NCBI GenBank assembly: GCA_944328665.1
Contig: CALVHS010000030.1
Span: 12,951 to 76,950 of the forward strand
DNA from: an uncultured Clostridia bacterium
Lineage (GTDB): Bacteria; Bacillota; Clostridia; Christensenellales; Borkfalkiaceae
Length of the DNA stretch: 64,000 nt
Reading direction: 5' to 3'
Positions 42,986 to 52,514 of this stretch are shown here, in pieces. A program made the position numbers and the translations under genes. The notes below the pieces were generated by a model. That model saw nothing but the letters and a program-made list of their open reading frames with translations, did no database searches and was not told the origin of the DNA. Each line of letters begins with the position of its first letter. Position 1 is the first letter of the stretch.

Positions 42986-44641
42986 ATGGATGCGGTGCTG
43001 TACGTCGGCGTGCTGCTCGTCTATTTTGCGGCGATGATCTTCATCGGCGTCAAAAACAGAAAGGGTGCAAATTCCGTGCAGGGGTATGTGCTGGGAGGAA
43101 GGACGGTGGGCCCGTGGCTTTCGGCGTTTGCCTACGGCACTTCTTACTTTTCGGCGGTCATCTTTATCGGATACGCGGGGCAGTTCGGCTGGAATTTCGG
43201 CATCGCCGCGACGTGGATCGGCATCGGCAACGCGGTGCTCGGTTCGCTGCTCGCCTGGGCGGTGCTGGGCAGGCGCACGCGCGTGATGACCCAACAGCTG
43301 GATTCCGCGACCATGCCCGACTATTTCGGCAAGCGCTTCGGGGACGAAAAACTCAAGATCGCCGCTTCCGTGATCATCTTTATCTTTCTCATCCCGTACA
43401 CGGCTTCTCTGTATAAAGGGTTGGGCAGCCTCTTTACGATGGCGTTCGACATCCCGTATTGGGTGTGTATCCTCATCATGGCGGCGGTGACGGCGGCCTA
43501 TGTGTTGATCGGCGGTTATATGGCGACCGTGTGGAACGATTTTATCCAAGGGATCATCATGCTGTTCGGCATCGTCGTCGTGGTGGCGGCTGTGCTGATG
43601 AGCAAGGGCGGGCTGACGGAGGCGATCGGGCAGCTTTCCGCGATCCCTGCGGGGGAGATGCAGGGGGCGTATGTTTCCTTTTTCGGCCCCGACCTGTACG
43701 GGCTGATCATGGTCGTCATCCTGACCGGGCTCGGCACGTGGGGCTTGCCGCAGATGGTGCAAAAATTTTACGCCGTCAAGAGCGAGAGTTCCATCAAGAC
43801 GGGGATGATCGTCTCCACCGTATTTGCGCTCGTCGTGGCGGGCGGGTGTTATTTTCTCGGCGGGTTCGGCAGGCTGTTCGTGGAGGACGCATCCGGGAAT
43901 TTCGATGCGATCGTTCCCGCCATGCTGTCCGAAAGCCTGCCCGCCGTGCTCATCGCGCTCGTGCTCGTTTTGGTCGTCTCCGCTTCCATGAGCACCCTCT
44001 CTTCCCTCGTCATGAGTTCGAGTTCCACGCTCACGCTCGATCTCATCAAGGGGATCAAGAAGGATCTGCATCCGAAAAGCCAGATGTTTCTGATCCGCCT
44101 GTTCGTGGCGCTGTTTATCGCCGTCAGCGCGGTCATCGCCATCGTATACGACCGGTACGGCCTCTCGTTTATCGCGCAGATGATGGGGGTAAGCTGGGGC
44201 GCGCTTGCGGGGGCGTTCCTCGCGCCCTATCTGTTCAGTTTATATTGGAAGCGCACGAGCAGGGCTGCCTGTTGGGCATGTTTCTTCTTCGGCGTGGCGG
44301 CGAGCCTCGCCGCCCTCGTCGTCTCTCTCTGCGCTTCTTCCCTGCCGCCTTCTTTTACGGAGTCCTTCCTGTATCGCTATGTCTTTTCCTCTTCCGTCTA
44401 TGTGGGGGCTTGGACGATGCTCGCCGGGTTTATCATCGTGCCCGTTCTCTCTCTTTTCGGCAAAAGAAAGGATAAGGAGAGGCTGGACGCCCTCTTCAAG
44501 CCGTTCGAAGAGCTGAACGAGGCCGTGGAGGAGGCGGCGGGCGGATATCTGCGCAAAGAGCCGGCGCCTTATACGATCGGAGAGCCGAGCGAGGATCCCG
44601 CCCTGTTTTTAGAAGGATCGTCCCGCGGCGGCAAAGAATGA
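42986..44641 (+). CDS. Sodium:solute symporter (SSF) family transporter
   Basis: SD ggaggagg precedes the ATG at 42986. The protein has ~13 TM helices and an opening (..YVLGGRTVGPWLSAFAYGTSYFSAV..) typical of SSF/PanF-PutP-like carriers. The substrate cannot be determined from the sequence. Confidence 0.88.
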   Translation: MDAVLYVGVLLVYFAAMIFIGVKNRKGANSVQGYVLGGRTVGPWLSAFAYGTSYFSAVIFIGYAGQFGWNFGIAATWIGIGNAVLGSLLAWAVLGRRTRVMTQQLDSATMPDYFGKRFGDEKLKIAASVIIFIFLIPYTASLYKGLGSLFTMAFDIPYWVCILIMAAVTAAYVLIGGYMATVWNDFIQGIIMLFGIVVVVAAVLMSKGGLTEAIGQLSAIPAGEMQGAYVSFFGPDLYGLIMVVILTGLGTWGLPQMVQKFYAVKSESSIKTGMIVSTVFALVVAGGCYFLGGFGRLFVEDASGNFDAIVPAMLSESLPAVLIALVLVLVVSASMSTLSSLVMSSSSTLTLDLIKGIKKDLHPKSQMFLIRLFVALFIAVSAVIAIVYDRYGLSFIAQMMGVSWGALAGAFLAPYLFSLYWKRTSRAACWACFFFGVAASLAALVVSLCASSLPPSFTESFLYRYVFSSSVYVGAWTMLAGFIIVPVLSLFGKRKDKERLDALFKPFEELNEAVEEAAGGYLRKEPAPYTIGEPSEDPALFLEGSSRGGKE

Positions 44642-44653
44642 CGCGCGGGCAAA

Positions 44654-44687
44654 GCCGTCTGTCGGCGGACAGGCGGCTTTTTTTTTC
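44654..44687 (+). terminator. Intrinsic terminator after the symporter
   Basis: The hairpin gccgtctgtc-ggcg-gacaggcggc is followed by T10. Confidence 0.85.
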
Positions 44688-44704
44688 GCATTGCGGCAAT
44701 TCGG

Positions 44705-44733
44705 TTGACAAACGGAGCCGCGCAGGGTATAAT
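44705..44733 (+). promoter_or_regulatory. Consensus sigma-A promoter (TTGACA-N17-TATAAT)
   Basis: The sequence is ttgaca aacggagccgcgcaggg tataat. Confidence 0.7.
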
Positions 44734-44799
44734 AATTGTGTCATTAAAACACATGACAAATATGACAAGCAGTTCCGCCCCGTGCGGAACGGAGAAGGT

Positions 44800-47700
44800 A
44801 TGAAAGTGAGCAGATCTATGAGGAAGAGAGGTTTTTTGTGTCTGTGGGCGGCGGCGCTGTTTGCGTTGCTTTTTGCGCTGTCGGCCTGTGCGGGGCCTTC
44901 GGAGGACAGAAATGAGCCCGCCGTCCCGCCCGAACGGGTGAGCGACATTTCTTTCCCGCCCGAGGACGGCACTTTGCCGGAGGCGTACGGCGGGGCGGAA
45001 AACGCCGCCTTTCTTGCGGGCAAGCTGGCGGGACGCACGTTGTATCACAGCGAATCCGTGGTCGACGTGACGGCGTCCGTGCTCTTTATCGATGCGGGGC
45101 AGAAGGTATACGGCAGCAAAGATTATAAAGACGGGATCTTGCTGACCTCTTCCGTGAGCGTCAGCGACAACGCGTTTGCCCCTTCCAGGGCGATCCAGCG
45201 CTGGTTCGGCGAGGACAAGGCGATCGTGCGCGGCGCGGCGTCCGATCCTTCCGTTTGGGAAGGCAGCGATGTCGAATGGTCTGCGGATGCGCCTGCCGAA
45301 GTGCTGGACAGAGAGACGTATGCGGCGCGCTACGGCCTTTGGGGGGACGAATTGACCGATTACGTCATCACGTCGGAGACCATCCTGTCCTCCACGCCCG
45401 CCGCCAAGGGGGAGGACGGCAATTATACGATGACGCTTTCCCTCGACCCGCAGGCGTCCACCTATTATTATCAAAACCAGATGGTGACGATGGGGGATCT
45501 CGACGAACCGCCCGTCTTTTCCTCGGTCGAACTGACGTTCACTTTCGGTGCGGACTGGACGCTGTATTCCCTTCGCATCGAGGAGGAATATTCTTCTAAA
45601 AAACTGGTGACGGCGTCCTGTAAGGGGAGCGCCCTCGTCACCTTCTCGTATGAGGAAGAGGACGTCGACGTCTCCGCTTATGAGGCCTATTTCAAACAGT
45701 ATGCGGACGAGGACACGACGGGGCAGGAAGAGGATGCGCGTACGGCGGCGGATTATATCGCCGAAGGGCTTGCGCCCCTGTTCGAGCAGGAGGCTGCGTT
45801 GGACGTCACCGCCGCGGCGGACGGCGTCTCCGTCTCGGCAAAACTTCTTTTGGATATGCGCGGCAGGGTTTTCCGCTCGCTGAAAGGGCAGGCGGGCGCG
45901 CTGACCTTCGCCTATGAAGGAGACAGGATCTATCTGTCCTATAAAGACTTGCAGGGATATGTGCAAGCCGGCGAGTTTGCCGCGCTCGCGGGGGTGCCCG
46001 CGGCGGCAGCGGGGGTGCAGGACTTGGATCTCGATGCGGTCTTTGCCGCCCTGGCGGGTGCTTCCGTGGAAAAGGAAGGGGAGGATGTGACCCTTTCCTG
46101 CGCCCTTTCCGCCGGGCTGCCTGCGGAATTGCGGCTCTCTTTTACGGAAAAGGAGGATGCGGTGACGTTTACCGGCGCTGAAGCGCGGATCTCCGCATTC
46201 GGAAAAGAGATCTCCGTGCAGGCTGTCCCCGCGGCGGAGACGCCCGAGATCGAAGTGCCCGAAAAGGCGGTCGATCTCGCGCCGTACATACGCAGCATCG
46301 CAGCCCTCGCGCAGGGCGGAAAATACGATCTGACCCTCTCCTTTGCGCAGCCCGCGCTCGGCGTGTCCGTGAAGGGGAGCCTGCTCGTTGACGCGCCGGC
46401 GGGCGCGCTGCGCGGAGAATGGGAGTTCGGCATCGCCGGGCAGATCCTTCCCGTTTCCTTTACCTGTTTGGAAGGCACCGTCTATCTGCGCGTGTTCGAT
46501 ATCCGTATAAAGGCGTCCGTTTCCGAAGTTTCCGCGCTCGTGAACGGCATTCTCGCACAGGCGGGCGTGACCCTGCCGGAGATGCCGCAGGCGGATGCGG
46601 GCGAGATCGTCGCCGCGCTGTTGGCGCTGCCGTACGATTCGATGATCAAAGAACTGTCCTTGACCGAAGAAGGGCTGATCGCCGTCATCAACGCGGACGG
46701 TTTGCTCTCTTCCCTTACGGGCGGGAACGTCGTTTTGGGGGATATCGCCGCGGCGTTCGACCCCGAAGAGGGCGCCGTCATCGCCGCCGCGGGCGCGCAG
46801 ATCTCCCTGCGCGGCAGCGCGGAAGAGGTCGTAGCCCCCGCCGGTGAATATGTCGCGCTGTCCGATCTGGAAGCTTTCTTCGGCAGCGAGGCGTTCACGT
46901 TTGCGGCGCAGTGGTCGCAGGGGGATGTTTCCGTTGCGGCGGACGGCCGCCTGTCGGCTGCGGGAGAGATGCCCGCCCTGACCGCGCGCGTTCTCGTCGC
47001 AGACGGGGGATCTTCTCATTATGCGGAAGTGACCTTTGCGGAGGGGATGCTTTGGGCGAGTTATTCCCGTGCGGGCTTCGGCGCGGACACGGCATTAAAA
47101 ATAAAGCTGCCGGCTTCTTCTCTCGCGGAAGCCGCCGAAGGGCTGGCGCCGATCTTGGAAATGCTCGGCATCGACCTCTCCGGCGTCGACGTGAGCGCCC
47201 TGCTCGCGGGAGTGCTGTCCCCCGTTTCGGCTGCGGAAATTGAATGGGAAGGGGACGCGCTCCGCATAACGGCGGGCGGGCTTTCGCTGACGATCGCGGC
47301 GGCGCATGACGCAGCTTCCGTCCTGCCGCCCGAAGAGGAGGGGTATATGGATATGTCCTTCCTGCCGCAGCTTGTCGGAGACGTGACGGAAACGGCATCT
47401 CATTTTGCGTCAGGGTACGACCTTTCGGCAAAGCTGTTTGCGTCCATATCGGGGCAGACTGTCTTGGATGCGGACGTGCGCGTGAAAATCGGGTTTGACG
47501 AAAGCGGCGTCCTGTGCGCGCAGATCTCCCTGGATATTGCCGGCTGGGGGCTGTTCTTTACGGGTGAAGCGCACACGGAGATCGTGCTTTCCGGCGGCAA
47601 TATCTATATCGTGCGGGAACAGACGTCTGTGTACGATGCGGCGACGGGCGCTCCCGTGCCTTTGGAGGAGCCGTCCGTCGAGCGCCGCGCGATGACGGCG

Positions 47701-48177
47701 GAACATTTCCTGCTTACGGCGGAAGAACAGCTGTATTTCGCCTTGAACGTCAGCGAGACGCTGCAGGGGCTGATCGAAGCGACGAGCGGCATGCTGCTGG
47801 GTACGCCGGGCGACGTCGGCGAGTGGTTTACCGTCGCCGGCAGGCTGTCCTCTTCGGAGGGAGCGGACGGCCATTATGCGGTGACGCTGGATCTCGGCAA
47901 GATCCTCGGCGGCTCGCTTTTGAGCGGAGAGGTGTCGCTGCGCCTCTATCGCGGCGAGGGCGGGATCTTGTCGGCGGAGGCGGAAGGCGCGCTGAACGCG
48001 ATGGGTATGCTGCGGCTGGATCTGAAGGGCACGCAGATCGTCGTCAACGCTCCCGGCGAGGCTGTGGATATGGACGGCGCGGGCGAGGCGCTCGCCGCTC
48101 TTGCGGAGGCATTCGGCTATGCGGACGGGGCGGCGCTCGCCGCCGCCGTCGCCGAAGGCGGCATGCTCGCGTGCTGA
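44800..48177 (+). CDS. Large predicted lipoprotein (1125 aa) of unknown function
   Basis: SD ggagaagg precedes the ATG at 44800. The signal peptide has the lipobox LFALSAC. The mature part is long and rich in Ala/Gly/Glu/Leu, with no motif I recognise. Confidence 0.8.
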   Translation: MKVSRSMRKRGFLCLWAAALFALLFALSACAGPSEDRNEPAVPPERVSDISFPPEDGTLPEAYGGAENAAFLAGKLAGRTLYHSESVVDVTASVLFIDAGQKVYGSKDYKDGILLTSSVSVSDNAFAPSRAIQRWFGEDKAIVRGAASDPSVWEGSDVEWSADAPAEVLDRETYAARYGLWGDELTDYVITSETILSSTPAAKGEDGNYTMTLSLDPQASTYYYQNQMVTMGDLDEPPVFSSVELTFTFGADWTLYSLRIEEEYSSKKLVTASCKGSALVTFSYEEEDVDVSAYEAYFKQYADEDTTGQEEDARTAADYIAEGLAPLFEQEAALDVTAAADGVSVSAKLLLDMRGRVFRSLKGQAGALTFAYEGDRIYLSYKDLQGYVQAGEFAALAGVPAAAAGVQDLDLDAVFAALAGASVEKEGEDVTLSCALSAGLPAELRLSFTEKEDAVTFTGAEARISAFGKEISVQAVPAAETPEIEVPEKAVDLAPYIRSIAALAQGGKYDLTLSFAQPALGVSVKGSLLVDAPAGALRGEWEFGIAGQILPVSFTCLEGTVYLRVFDIRIKASVSEVSALVNGILAQAGVTLPEMPQADAGEIVAALLALPYDSMIKELSLTEEGLIAVINADGLLSSLTGGNVVLGDIAAAFDPEEGAVIAAAGAQISLRGSAEEVVAPAGEYVALSDLEAFFGSEAFTFAAQWSQGDVSVAADGRLSAAGEMPALTARVLVADGGSSHYAEVTFAEGMLWASYSRAGFGADTALKIKLPASSLAEAAEGLAPILEMLGIDLSGVDVSALLAGVLSPVSAAEIEWEGDALRITAGGLSLTIAAAHDAASVLPPEEEGYMDMSFLPQLVGDVTETASHFASGYDLSAKLFASISGQTVLDADVRVKIGFDESGVLCAQISLDIAGWGLFFTGEAHTEIVLSGGNIYIVREQTSVYDAATGAPVPLEEPSVERRAMTAEHFLLTAEEQLYFALNVSETLQGLIEATSGMLLGTPGDVGEWFTVAGRLSSSEGADGHYAVTLDLGKILGGSLLSGEVSLRLYRGEGGILSAEAEGALNAMGMLRLDLKGTQIVVNAPGEAVDMDGAGEALAALAEAFGYADGAALAAAVAEGGMLAC

Positions 48178-48193
48178 AAAACGTGCGATTTTT

Positions 48194-48224
48194 TCTCCCC
48201 GTCGGAAGGCGGGGAGATTTTTTT
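48194..48224 (+). terminator. Intrinsic terminator after the lipoprotein gene
   Basis: The hairpin tctccccg-tcggaagg-cggggaga is followed by T7. Confidence 0.8.
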
Positions 48225-48236
48225 GGGCGCAAACGC

Positions 48237-48265
48237 TTTACAAGCCGCAGAAAATATGGTAATAT
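48237..48265 (+). promoter_or_regulatory. Sigma-A-type promoter of the leuA leader (TTTACA-N17-TAATAT)
   Basis: The sequence is tttaca agccgcagaaaatatgg taatat. Confidence 0.5.
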
Positions 48266-48271
48266 AAAGAC

Positions 48272-48553
48272 AACATCTCCATAGAGAACGCTGTGAAGCG
48301 GAACAGTATTTCGGAGCGCAGGAAAGCAGAGAGCCGTCGTTTGGTGCGAGGCGGTCGAAGCGTCCGGAAGAACTCGCCGCCGAGCGGCCTGGCCGAAAGG
48401 TTCGCCGAGTAGAGACAGGACGGGTGCTCGCCGTTAAAAGAGCGGAATATGCGCCGAAAGGCAAGTATTTGTGAGTGCGCGCCGCAAGGCGCGAAGAGAA
48501 GTGGTACCGCGGGCCCGATTTCGCCTTCTTACGAGACGAGATCGGGCTTTTTT
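48272..48553 (+). promoter_or_regulatory. T-box riboswitch leader of leuA (candidate CUC Leu specifier)
   Basis: The elements are AGTA at 48305-48308, AGAGAG at 48328-48333, distal-loop GGTGCGA at 48343-48349, gaagaaCTCgcc (CTC at 48373-48375), and the T-box sequence gtggtaccgcg at 48501-48511. The terminator stem is gcccgatttcg/cgagatcgggc followed by T6 (48513-48553). Confidence 0.85.
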
Positions 48554-48588
48554 ATCGTCCGCGGCATGCCGCGGCAAGGAGGACGAAG

Positions 48589-50256
48589 ATGAAAAATTAC
48601 CAAAAGTATGCCAAGCAGTATTTCCTGCCCCGCGAGCGCTGCATGCGTTGGGCGGAAAAAGATCGCGTGGAAAAGGCGCCCGTCTGGTGCAGCGTCGACC
48701 TGCGGGACGGCAATCAGGCGCTCATCGAGCCGATGAGCCTCGCCCAAAAGGTAGATTTTTTCAAGCTGCTTTTAAAAGTCGGCTTTAAGGAGATCGAGGT
48801 GGGTTTCCCCGCGGCGAGCGAGACGGAATACGCCTTTTTGCGCACCCTCATCGAGCAGGAACTCATCCCCGACGACGTGACGGTGCAGGTGCTCACCCAG
48901 GCGCGCGAGCATATCATCCGCAAGACGTTCAAAGCGATCGAAGGGGCGAAGAACGTCATCGTACACGTCTATAATTCTACGTCTGTCGCCCAGCGCGAGC
49001 AGGTATTCAAAAAAGACAAAGCGGAGATCTTGCAGATCGCGGTGGACGGGGCAGCCCTTTTGCGGCAGCTCACCGACGAGGCGGGGGAAAAATACCGCTT
49101 CGAATACAGTCCGGAAAGTTTTTCGGGCACGGAGCCGGAATATGCGCTCGAGGTGTGCAACGCCGTTTTGGACATCTGGCGCCCGACGGCGGAGAGGAAG
49201 GCGGTCATCAACATCCCGACCACGGTGGAAAATGCGATGCCGCACGTGTTCGCGCAGCAGTGCGAATATATCTCCGAGAACCTGCGCTACAGGGAGAACG
49301 TCGTCTTGAGCCTGCACCCGCACAACGACCGAGGCTGCGGCGTCGCTACGGCGGAAATGGGGCTTTTGGCGGGTGCGGACAGAGTGGAAGGCACCCTCTT
49401 CGGCAACGGAGAGCGCACGGGCAACGTCGACGTCGTCACCCTCGCCATGAACATGTATTCGCAGGGGGTCGATCCCCGGCTCGATTTTTCCTGCATGCCC
49501 GAGATCTGCGAAAAATACACCGAATATACCGGCATGGAGGTCTCGCCCCGGCAGCCGTATGCGGGTTCGCTCGTCTTTGCCGCTTTTTCCGGCTCCCATC
49601 AGGACGCCATCGCCAAGGGGATGCAGTGGCGCAAGGAACACGGCGATTCGCTCTGGAGCGTGCCCTATCTCCCCATCGATCCCGCGGACGTGGGCAGGGA
49701 ATACCAAACGGACGTCATCCGCATCAACAGCCAGTCGGGCAAGGGGGGCGTCGGTTATATCTTACAGGAAAATTACGGGCTGGAACTGCCGCCGAAGTTC
49801 AAAGAGGCGATGGGGTATGCTGCAAAAGGGGTGTCCGACAGGACGCACAAGGAACTCAAGCCCGCGGAAGTGTACCGCGTCTTTCTCGATACGTTCGTGC
49901 AAAACCGCGGCGTGTTCGACGTGCCCGAATGCCATTTCCGGCAGATCGCGGCGGGCATCGCGGCGGAGGTCACCGTCGAAGAGAAGGGGAAGCGCACGCA
50001 GGTGTGCGCGGAGGGGAACGGCCGCCTCGACGCGGTCACCAACGCGCTGAAAAAATATTTCGGCGCCGATTTCACGCTGACAAAATATGAGCAGCGCGCG
50101 CTGAGCGATACGTCCGAGTCGAAGGCGCTCTCTTTTGTCGGGGTAGAGCGGGAAGGCAGATCTTATTGGGGCGCCGGCGTGGCGGAGGATATCATCCAGT
50201 CCTCGATCGACGCGCTCGTCTCCGCATTGAACAACTTTTTCTCGAATGGCAAATAG
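48589..50256 (+). CDS. leuA: 2-isopropylmalate synthase (long, LeuA type)
   Basis: SD aaggagg precedes the ATG at 48589. The N-terminal sequence includes WCSVDLRDGNQAL, followed by an HMGL-like TIM barrel, HPHNDRGCGVA, and a C-terminal regulatory domain. The listed upstream starts run through the T-box terminator. Confidence 0.93.
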   Translation: MKNYQKYAKQYFLPRERCMRWAEKDRVEKAPVWCSVDLRDGNQALIEPMSLAQKVDFFKLLLKVGFKEIEVGFPAASETEYAFLRTLIEQELIPDDVTVQVLTQAREHIIRKTFKAIEGAKNVIVHVYNSTSVAQREQVFKKDKAEILQIAVDGAALLRQLTDEAGEKYRFEYSPESFSGTEPEYALEVCNAVLDIWRPTAERKAVINIPTTVENAMPHVFAQQCEYISENLRYRENVVLSLHPHNDRGCGVATAEMGLLAGADRVEGTLFGNGERTGNVDVVTLAMNMYSQGVDPRLDFSCMPEICEKYTEYTGMEVSPRQPYAGSLVFAAFSGSHQDAIAKGMQWRKEHGDSLWSVPYLPIDPADVGREYQTDVIRINSQSGKGGVGYILQENYGLELPPKFKEAMGYAAKGVSDRTHKELKPAEVYRVFLDTFVQNRGVFDVPECHFRQIAAGIAAEVTVEEKGKRTQVCAEGNGRLDAVTNALKKYFGADFTLTKYEQRALSDTSESKALSFVGVEREGRSYWGAGVAEDIIQSSIDALVSALNNFFSNGK

Positions 50257-50265
50257 AGAGCGCAG

Positions 50266-50302
50266 AGGCGCGCCCCCGCATTTTCCGCGGGGACGCGCCT
50301 TT
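50266..50302 (+). terminator. Hairpin terminator candidate after leuA
   Basis: The hairpin aggcgcgcccccgc-attttc-gcggggacgcgcct is followed by only ttt. Confidence 0.55.
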
Positions 50303-50451
50303 ATCTGCGGCGCCGTCCGCGCCGCGGGGAGAGATTTTTCCGCGCTCGCGGCGAAAAAATATTTTATTTGTTGACAGCCGCCGAAAAATATGTTACTCTA
50401 TTATAGAGGAACGTTCATCTGTTCAAGAGCAGCTTTACGGGAGGGGAGGAG

Positions 50452-51456
50452 ATGTCCGAGATGAAAAAAAAGGTGACCCTGCGCGATATCGCGGAAAAGA
50501 CGGGGCTGTCCGTCAACACCGTTTCGCGCGTTCTCAACAAAAAGCCGTATTATACGAAAGAGGTCGAAGAAAAGGTCAACGCAGCCTGTAAGGAACTGGG
50601 ATATATCGTGGATATGAACGCTTCCGGCCTGCGCAGCGGTTCGACGCGCACCGTTGCCATCTTATACGACGATCTCATCAATCCGTTCTATTCGTATACG
50701 ACGGACATCATCTCCAAGCGGTTTGAAAAGCGCGGCTATAACTGCATCATGTTTTCCAACAACGACCGCTCGCCTTACGTCGATTACGAGCTGATGCGCA
50801 GCGTGATGGCGAGAAAGCCGGACGGGATCCTTTCCTTTTTGGAACCCGCCGCGGACATGGTGGATTTTATCCGCAACGCGGGCATCCCGTTCGTCATCTT
50901 CGGGCGGGACGGAGCGCCTTATCAAATGGTCGGCGTGGATGCGGACGAGGTGTACGGCGGCAGGATCGCGGGGGAGCATCTGCTCGCGCGCGGATACCGC
51001 AAGATCGCCTACATCGGCAGCTGGCACGACGTCAAAGTCTGCCTCGACAGGCAGAGGGGACTGCAAGAGGCGCTCGCCGCGGGGGGCGTAGAACTGAAAG
51101 AGGAGCACGTCTTTTATATCCGCGAGCAGGAATTTGCGCCCATGATCGACAAGATCGTCGCCGACGATGTGGACGGGATCCTCTGTTTTAACGACATCAT
51201 CGCCTTTATCGTCATCGAGGCGCTGGAAGAGCGCGGGCTGGAAGTGGGCGGCGATTTCGGCGTCGTGGGCTTTGACAATATCCAGCAGATGATGCGCATG
51301 CCCCGTTTTTTGACGACGGTGGACGTAGGGAGCCGCGACTTCGCCGAGGCGGGCGCGGACGTGATGCTCGACCTTTTGTCGGGCAGTGAAGAAGAGCGTC
51401 CTTCTTTCCGTGAGACGCACAAGTCTTTTCTCGTCAAAGGACGATCGACAAGATGA
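50452..51456 (+). CDS. LacI-family transcriptional regulator
   Basis: The HTH is VTLRDIAEKTGLSVNTVSRVLN and the effector domain is periplasmic-binding-like. SD ggaggagg precedes the ATG. Confidence 0.92.
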   Translation: MSEMKKKVTLRDIAEKTGLSVNTVSRVLNKKPYYTKEVEEKVNAACKELGYIVDMNASGLRSGSTRTVAILYDDLINPFYSYTTDIISKRFEKRGYNCIMFSNNDRSPYVDYELMRSVMARKPDGILSFLEPAADMVDFIRNAGIPFVIFGRDGAPYQMVGVDADEVYGGRIAGEHLLARGYRKIAYIGSWHDVKVCLDRQRGLQEALAAGGVELKEEHVFYIREQEFAPMIDKIVADDVDGILCFNDIIAFIVIEALEERGLEVGGDFGVVGFDNIQQMMRMPRFLTTVDVGSRDFAEAGADVMLDLLSGSEEERPSFRETHKSFLVKGRSTR

Positions 51457-51464
51457 TATTTTCA

Positions 51465-51501
51465 GGGGCGCGCCTTCCGGGAACGGGAGGCGCGCCCCTT
51501 T
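51465..51501. terminator. Hairpin between convergent lacI-family and SGNH genes
   Basis: The hairpin ggggcgcgcct-12 nt-aggcgcgcccc is followed by ttt. Confidence 0.55.
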
Positions 51502-51533
51502 ATGCGTAAAAGGCGCGGCGCTTTTTGGCGGTG

Positions 51534-52268
51534 TCAGGCAGAGCCCTCCTTGCGGCGGGCGTAGGGGAAAAGCCGTTCCGTTTCCCGGATGATACAGGCG
51601 GCGATGAGGTCGTGCCCCGCTTGGTTGGGATGGATGCCGTCGTCCGAAAGGTAGTCGAGCATGTCCGGCTTCATCAAAAATTCGCTGCGGCAGCGCAGGA
51701 GGGGGCATCCGTGCGTGAGCGCCGCCTGCACGACGGCGGCGCTGTAACATTCCTGATGGCGGGCGATGTTGGTGACGTCGCCCGCAAAAAATTTCAGCAC
51801 TTCGGCGCCGTCCGCGCGTTTGGCGATAAAATTCGTAAAATAGCGCTGCGAGCTGACGGGCGGCAGATCGCAAAAGACCGCCCGCACCCCCGCCTCGGCA
51901 AAGCCGGCGATCATCTCCTCTAAAAGTTCTTCGAAAAGGGGCAGGGGGGTGCGGGGCAGATGATAGGCGAAGGGGTCGCGCGCGACTTCCTGCCAGTCGT
52001 AGTCGCAGTCGTTGCCGCCGAGGGCGACGACTGCCGTCTCTCCTCTCCTGTCCTCTTTCAGGTACTCGGGCAGCAGTTTTTTGACGCATTTTGCGAGGGT
52101 CATGCCGAAGGCGGAGCGGTTGTCCACTTCGATGCCGAAATGCGCCGCCGCACTCTCCACGGCGCATCTGCCGATGCGCCGTATTTTGCTGCCTTCTAAA
52201 TAAAGGCCTCTCGGGATGGAATCTCCGAAGAGCGTGACGGTACCCGTAAGGGGGACGGTTCTTTGCAT
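51534..52268 (-). CDS. SGNH/GDSL-family hydrolase
   Basis: Block I is FGDSI, block III is GGND, and block V is DGIHPN. SD aaaggag precedes the ATG. Confidence 0.88.
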   Translation of the reverse strand: MQRTVPLTGTVTLFGDSIPRGLYLEGSKIRRIGRCAVESAAAHFGIEVDNRSAFGMTLAKCVKKLLPEYLKEDRRGETAVVALGGNDCDYDWQEVARDPFAYHLPRTPLPLFEELLEEMIAGFAEAGVRAVFCDLPPVSSQRYFTNFIAKRADGAEVLKFFAGDVTNIARHQECYSAAVVQAALTHGCPLLRCRSEFLMKPDMLDYLSDDGIHPNQAGHDLIAACIIRETERLFPYARRKEGSA

Positions 52269-52480
52269 GTTGGCTCCTTTGCCGCCGCGGCGGCGGAAAA
52301 ATCTTCTTTTCTTTTATGGTAGCACTGCGGGCGCGGCAAGTAAAGGAACTGTTGCCTTTTTTCTCTCTACCCGTGCACACGGCAAAAGTAGAGCGGTCAT
52401 TTTGCACTCTACTCTGCGTAGAGAGGGGGATCCCTGTGGGATTTTTGCGAAAATTTTACAGAATATGCCCCTTTTGTATC

Positions 52481-52508
52481 TTGCTTTGCGCCCGATTTAT
52501 GATATAAT
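52481..52508 (+). promoter_or_regulatory. Sigma-A-type promoter (TTGCTT-N16-TATAAT) ending 6 nt before the ATG at 52515
   Basis: The sequence is ttgctt tgcgcccgatttatga tataat aaaggc ATG. Confidence 0.5.
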
Positions 52509-52514
52509 AAAGGC

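Noticed and set aside
48475-48588. A longer N-terminal extension of leuA (and the overlapping ORF 48471-48788).
   Set aside because: It would be translated through the T-box terminator hairpin and is Arg-rich. A strong SD and the ATG at 48589 give the canonical MKNYQKY.. start.
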